Shown in pieces: positions 61,238 through 64,000 of a stretch of 64,000 bases of DNA (within the stretch, counting starts at the first letter, position 1; the number at the start of each line of letters is the position of its first letter). The stretch is taken from NCBI GenBank assembly GCA_964479005.1, contig CAYZJA010000001.1:80642-144641 (forward strand), in the 5' to 3' direction. The notes beneath the pieces were generated by a model. It saw nothing but the letters and a program-made list of their open reading frames with translations, made no database searches and was not told the origin of the DNA. The stretch is from an uncultured Candidatus Saccharibacteria bacterium. Its GTDB lineage: Bacteria; Patescibacteriota; Minisyncoccia; UBA6257. The translations under genes and the position numbers were made by a program.

Positions 61238-64000
61238 ATGAAAAAACAATTTTTCTCTAAAACATTTTCAATTTTCTTGGCACTTTCTTTTGTACTTTCT
61301 AATAGCGCAATGTTAGTGCCATTACAAGCTGAAGCTTGTGAGGAAGAAATATGCGAAGACGTTATTGTGGTAAGTAATATAGAAGATAAGGTTTTTGATA
61401 TTGCAGAAACTCTTCCCGGTGAAGCAGCTGTTCTTGCTTGGGATGATCATCCGGCATGGACAGCGTATATTGAAGGCGCAAATTGGATTTGGAAGACAGA
61501 ATATGTAGAAAATCCTGATCAAGACGAAACATATATATTTAAAAAAGATTTTGATATTGTTGGCATTCCAGATTCTGCAACATTAAAAGTTGCAACTGAT
61601 AATTCGTATAGTGTTTGGGTTAACAATGTTTTGATTGGAGAAGTTATAACTGAAGATAATCACAGTTCAACAACCCAAGATCAATATAATAATATCGTTG
61701 ACTTTCATACCGGTTCAAATGAAATTAAATTTGAAGTTAAAAACTGGGCAGGAAATGCGTCACCGAAATTAAATCCTGCAGGTCTTTTGTATAGACTTGA
61801 GATTGTAAGATCTTCTTGTGAACCTCAATGTATACCTCAATCTTCTATAGAAACAGACTGTACTAATGGTTTAGATGATGACTGCGATGGTTTTATTGAT
61901 AGTGAAGATTCTGATTGTCAGATGTTAATAATGGCTTCTAAAGTAATTTGTGATAATGAATCAGATTTACCTAATTGGGGGACAGGATCTGGAGTTGACT
62001 ATCCTTCATATAACATTGATCAAAACACAGCTTCGGATTATGTAGCTGAACATTCTGGTTGTTATTTAGCTTCTAATTGGTTTTTTCAATGGGGACAACA
62101 AGGTTCTGATGATTTTGGAAAAGACTTTTATGGAGAAGCTGGCAATGGCTACACTACTTTTGGGCCAACAAATGAAAATGGAGTAGCTAGTACAACAGTG
62201 GATTCTGTTACCGGTAGTTATTTGGAATTAAGGGAAGTTCTGCAGCAAGGTTATATTCCTTTTACGTATGACCAATCACATAAATCTAATGATAATAATA
62301 TTTCTGCAGAATTTTATTGCCACAATGATATTCTCAATTATGATAACTGGGATTATATAAAAAATCCTCAATTAGGAATTACTCATTATTGCGTTGGATT
62401 TAATGCATTAATCGAACAAGAAGAACCAGAACCTGTTTGTGGAAATGAAATTATAGAAACTGGTGAACAATGTGATCCACCTTCAACCACTGCTCCTAAT
62501 TCTACTGATGAATATTTCTGTGACCAAAATTGTAATTTAGTTCCTATCTATCATTCTCTGGATGGTTGTCCAAAAAATCAAATCCTAGAATTTATTCAGT
62601 CTTATCAAATTCATTCAACTAGTACGACAGAAGTTATTATTCCTGTGAGTGGTAGCGATACATATAAGTTTGAAGTTAAAGGAACTTTTTATCCTACTCA
62701 AAATGGAAAAAATGAGAATTTCCTATCAGATGCCGCCTATACGACTGAAGATGGCTGGGTTTCAACTTCTACAAAATACGGAATTAAAGGCATACCACCT
62801 GATTATGCTGCCCATGCTTTATTAGGTGATTTAGGATTAGGGGCTGGAGTAATTAATTGGGGAGATTATGATTCTTCTCATGAATATGATTTCTCTTACA
62901 CAATTCCTTCAGGCGCTACTTCTACTCAATTTGTGATAGGTGATAGATGGGATAATTGGTTTATACCAGATGATATTAGTTGGAATAATCAAGGCGGAAT
63001 GAAAGATAATCTTGGAAATTTGACTTTAGATGTTTATGAGTGTAAGCCAATCCAAGCTAGATGTGATCCTAAGTTAGAATTAGTTATGAATGGCGATTTT
63101 GAGAGTCCTGAAGTGACTGATCTAGTAAAAAAATGGGGTATTTTTCCATCAGGGACAACCGATTTAGAATGGTTAATTAATTGGAGAGAAATTTGGCCTT
63201 CAGCACCAAAAATAGCAAATCTTGAAATTCAGAAAAGTTATTATACTCCAGTAATAGCTCCTGTAGTTCCTGGAGATCCAGATCAATATGCTGAGTTAGA
63301 TACTGATTGGCATGGTCCAGGTGGACCTTCTGGTGAACCAGCCTCAGTAGCTATTTCTCAAGATATTCCAACAATTATAGGGGAAACTTATAGATTAAGT
63401 TTTGATTTTTCACCACGACCATATACTGATTTAGAACAGAATCATTTAAAGGGTTTTGTTGATAGCGCTGAATTATTTGATATTTCTGCTGATGGTTCTG
63501 GTTTAACAGATACTTTATGGAATCAATATTCTGATAATTTTGTTGCTACAAGTTCAATAACAAACATTAAATTTACTGATTATGGTACACCAGACTCTTT
63601 AGGCACTTTCTTAGATAATGTTAGCGTAAGATGTGTTCCTCAGGACGAACCTACTATGTATCATTGTAATGAGGAATGGCAATGTATAGCAGATCCTGAA
63701 GGTGAATATAATACTGATAATTGTGACAATCAATGTATTAAACCTGGAACATCCACAGTTACTATTTGTAAATATAATGAACAAGAAGAACCTTTAAGAG
63801 GTTGGAAGATGATACTTAAAGGTGATAGGTATGATACAGTGCCTGTTTTTCCAGATGGGCAAAATTATTCTTCAAATCCTTTGCTATTAGGTGATTACTT
63901 AATTCAGGCTTCTGGTCAATATTTATATAGACCAGGAACACCTGGCGCTGAGTATTCTGATGCTGGCTATACTAAGAGGAATTGTCCAGGAGATGCTGAT
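61238..64000 (+). CDS. large secreted modular protein, 3' end outside window (not in ORF track because no stop is reached)
   Basis: Hand translation from ATG 61238 stays open for 921 codons to the window edge. Signal peptide, CTNGLDDDCDGFIDSEDSDC motif, DUF642-like module (NGDFESPEV...AELDTDW...YRLSFDF...LDNVSVRCV), then the ICKYNEQEEPLRGWKMILKG module. Confidence 0.75.
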   Translation, partial: MKKQFFSKTFSIFLALSFVLSNSAMLVPLQAEACEEEICEDVIVVSNIEDKVFDIAETLPGEAAVLAWDDHPAWTAYIEGANWIWKTEYVENPDQDETYIFKKDFDIVGIPDSATLKVATDNSYSVWVNNVLIGEVITEDNHSSTTQDQYNNIVDFHTGSNEIKFEVKNWAGNASPKLNPAGLLYRLEIVRSSCEPQCIPQSSIETDCTNGLDDDCDGFIDSEDSDCQMLIMASKVICDNESDLPNWGTGSGVDYPSYNIDQNTASDYVAEHSGCYLASNWFFQWGQQGSDDFGKDFYGEAGNGYTTFGPTNENGVASTTVDSVTGSYLELREVLQQGYIPFTYDQSHKSNDNNISAEFYCHNDILNYDNWDYIKNPQLGITHYCVGFNALIEQEEPEPVCGNEIIETGEQCDPPSTTAPNSTDEYFCDQNCNLVPIYHSLDGCPKNQILEFIQSYQIHSTSTTEVIIPVSGSDTYKFEVKGTFYPTQNGKNENFLSDAAYTTEDGWVSTSTKYGIKGIPPDYAAHALLGDLGLGAGVINWGDYDSSHEYDFSYTIPSGATSTQFVIGDRWDNWFIPDDISWNNQGGMKDNLGNLTLDVYECKPIQARCDPKLELVMNGDFESPEVTDLVKKWGIFPSGTTDLEWLINWREIWPSAPKIANLEIQKSYYTPVIAPVVPGDPDQYAELDTDWHGPGGPSGEPASVAISQDIPTIIGETYRLSFDFSPRPYTDLEQNHLKGFVDSAELFDISADGSGLTDTLWNQYSDNFVATSSITNIKFTDYGTPDSLGTFLDNVSVRCVPQDEPTMYHCNEEWQCIADPEGEYNTDNCDNQCIKPGTSTVTICKYNEQEEPLRGWKMILKGDRYDTVPVFPDGQNYSSNPLLLGDYLIQASGQYLYRPGTPGAEYSDAGYTKRNCPGDAD

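Noticed and set aside
1-64000. Alternative genetic code (UGA recoding, as in some CPR lineages)
   Set aside because: TGA terminates conserved genes at their expected ends (for example the M50 protease, fusA, the GT2 gene and mnmA). No conserved gene needs read-through of an in-frame TGA.

Overview
Visibly AT-rich, gene-dense bacterial segment. The content fits a Candidate Phyla Radiation / Patescibacteria-type genome (inference): many very small genes, an rpsL-rpsG-fusA-tuf-S10-spc ribosomal block with no rpmD (L30), DUF4012, an archaeal-type AMP phosphorylase, large Cys-rich secreted proteins, and core genes that mostly lack Shine-Dalgarno sites. TGA ends conserved genes, so the standard bacterial code applies. 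Layout: 1-17.9 kb holds mixed housekeeping and small accessory genes (M23 peptidase, MazG, ATP-cone, RhuM/Fic, SDR, PD-(D/E)XK nuclease, rarA, CaCA antiporter, rsmI, prs, AMP phosphorylase). 17.9-34.3 kb is the ribosomal block, ending secY-adk-map. 34.3-35.3 kb is a non-coding/small-ORF insert where infA..rplQ normally follow. 35.3-46.5 kb holds tpiA, pgk, DHH, rnhA, RNase P RNA (minus strand), DUF4012, murJ, lepA and ftsB-like. 46.5-49.3 kb is a nested tRNA-Gly locus followed by a GIY-YIG / HEPN / XRE-Panacea + RelE-like island. 49.3-52.0 kb is mnmA-iscU-iscS (minus). Then come tRNA-Thr, the rplJ leader, rplJ-rplL and tRNA-Val. 54.5-57.7 kb is a GT2 synthase + glycosidase operon, and 58-64 kb holds three modular secreted proteins. 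Findings that stand out most: (1) a tRNA-Gly(CCC) gene split in its anticodon loop by a 136-nt insert, made of a 20-bp inverted-repeat stem enclosing a second complete tRNA-Gly(CCC). (2) A ~30-nt repeat family that is tandem between rpmC and rpsQ and also sits in frame inside rplR and the rplW 5' region. (3) Several consensus-promoter-driven structured RNAs of unknown class, including a homologous pair of ~60-nt RNAs, a ~250-nt leader before the antiporter gene, and a ~190-nt rod-like hairpin. (4) The tRNA-adjacent toxin/HEPN island. No integrase, transposase, CRISPR array or rRNA was seen.
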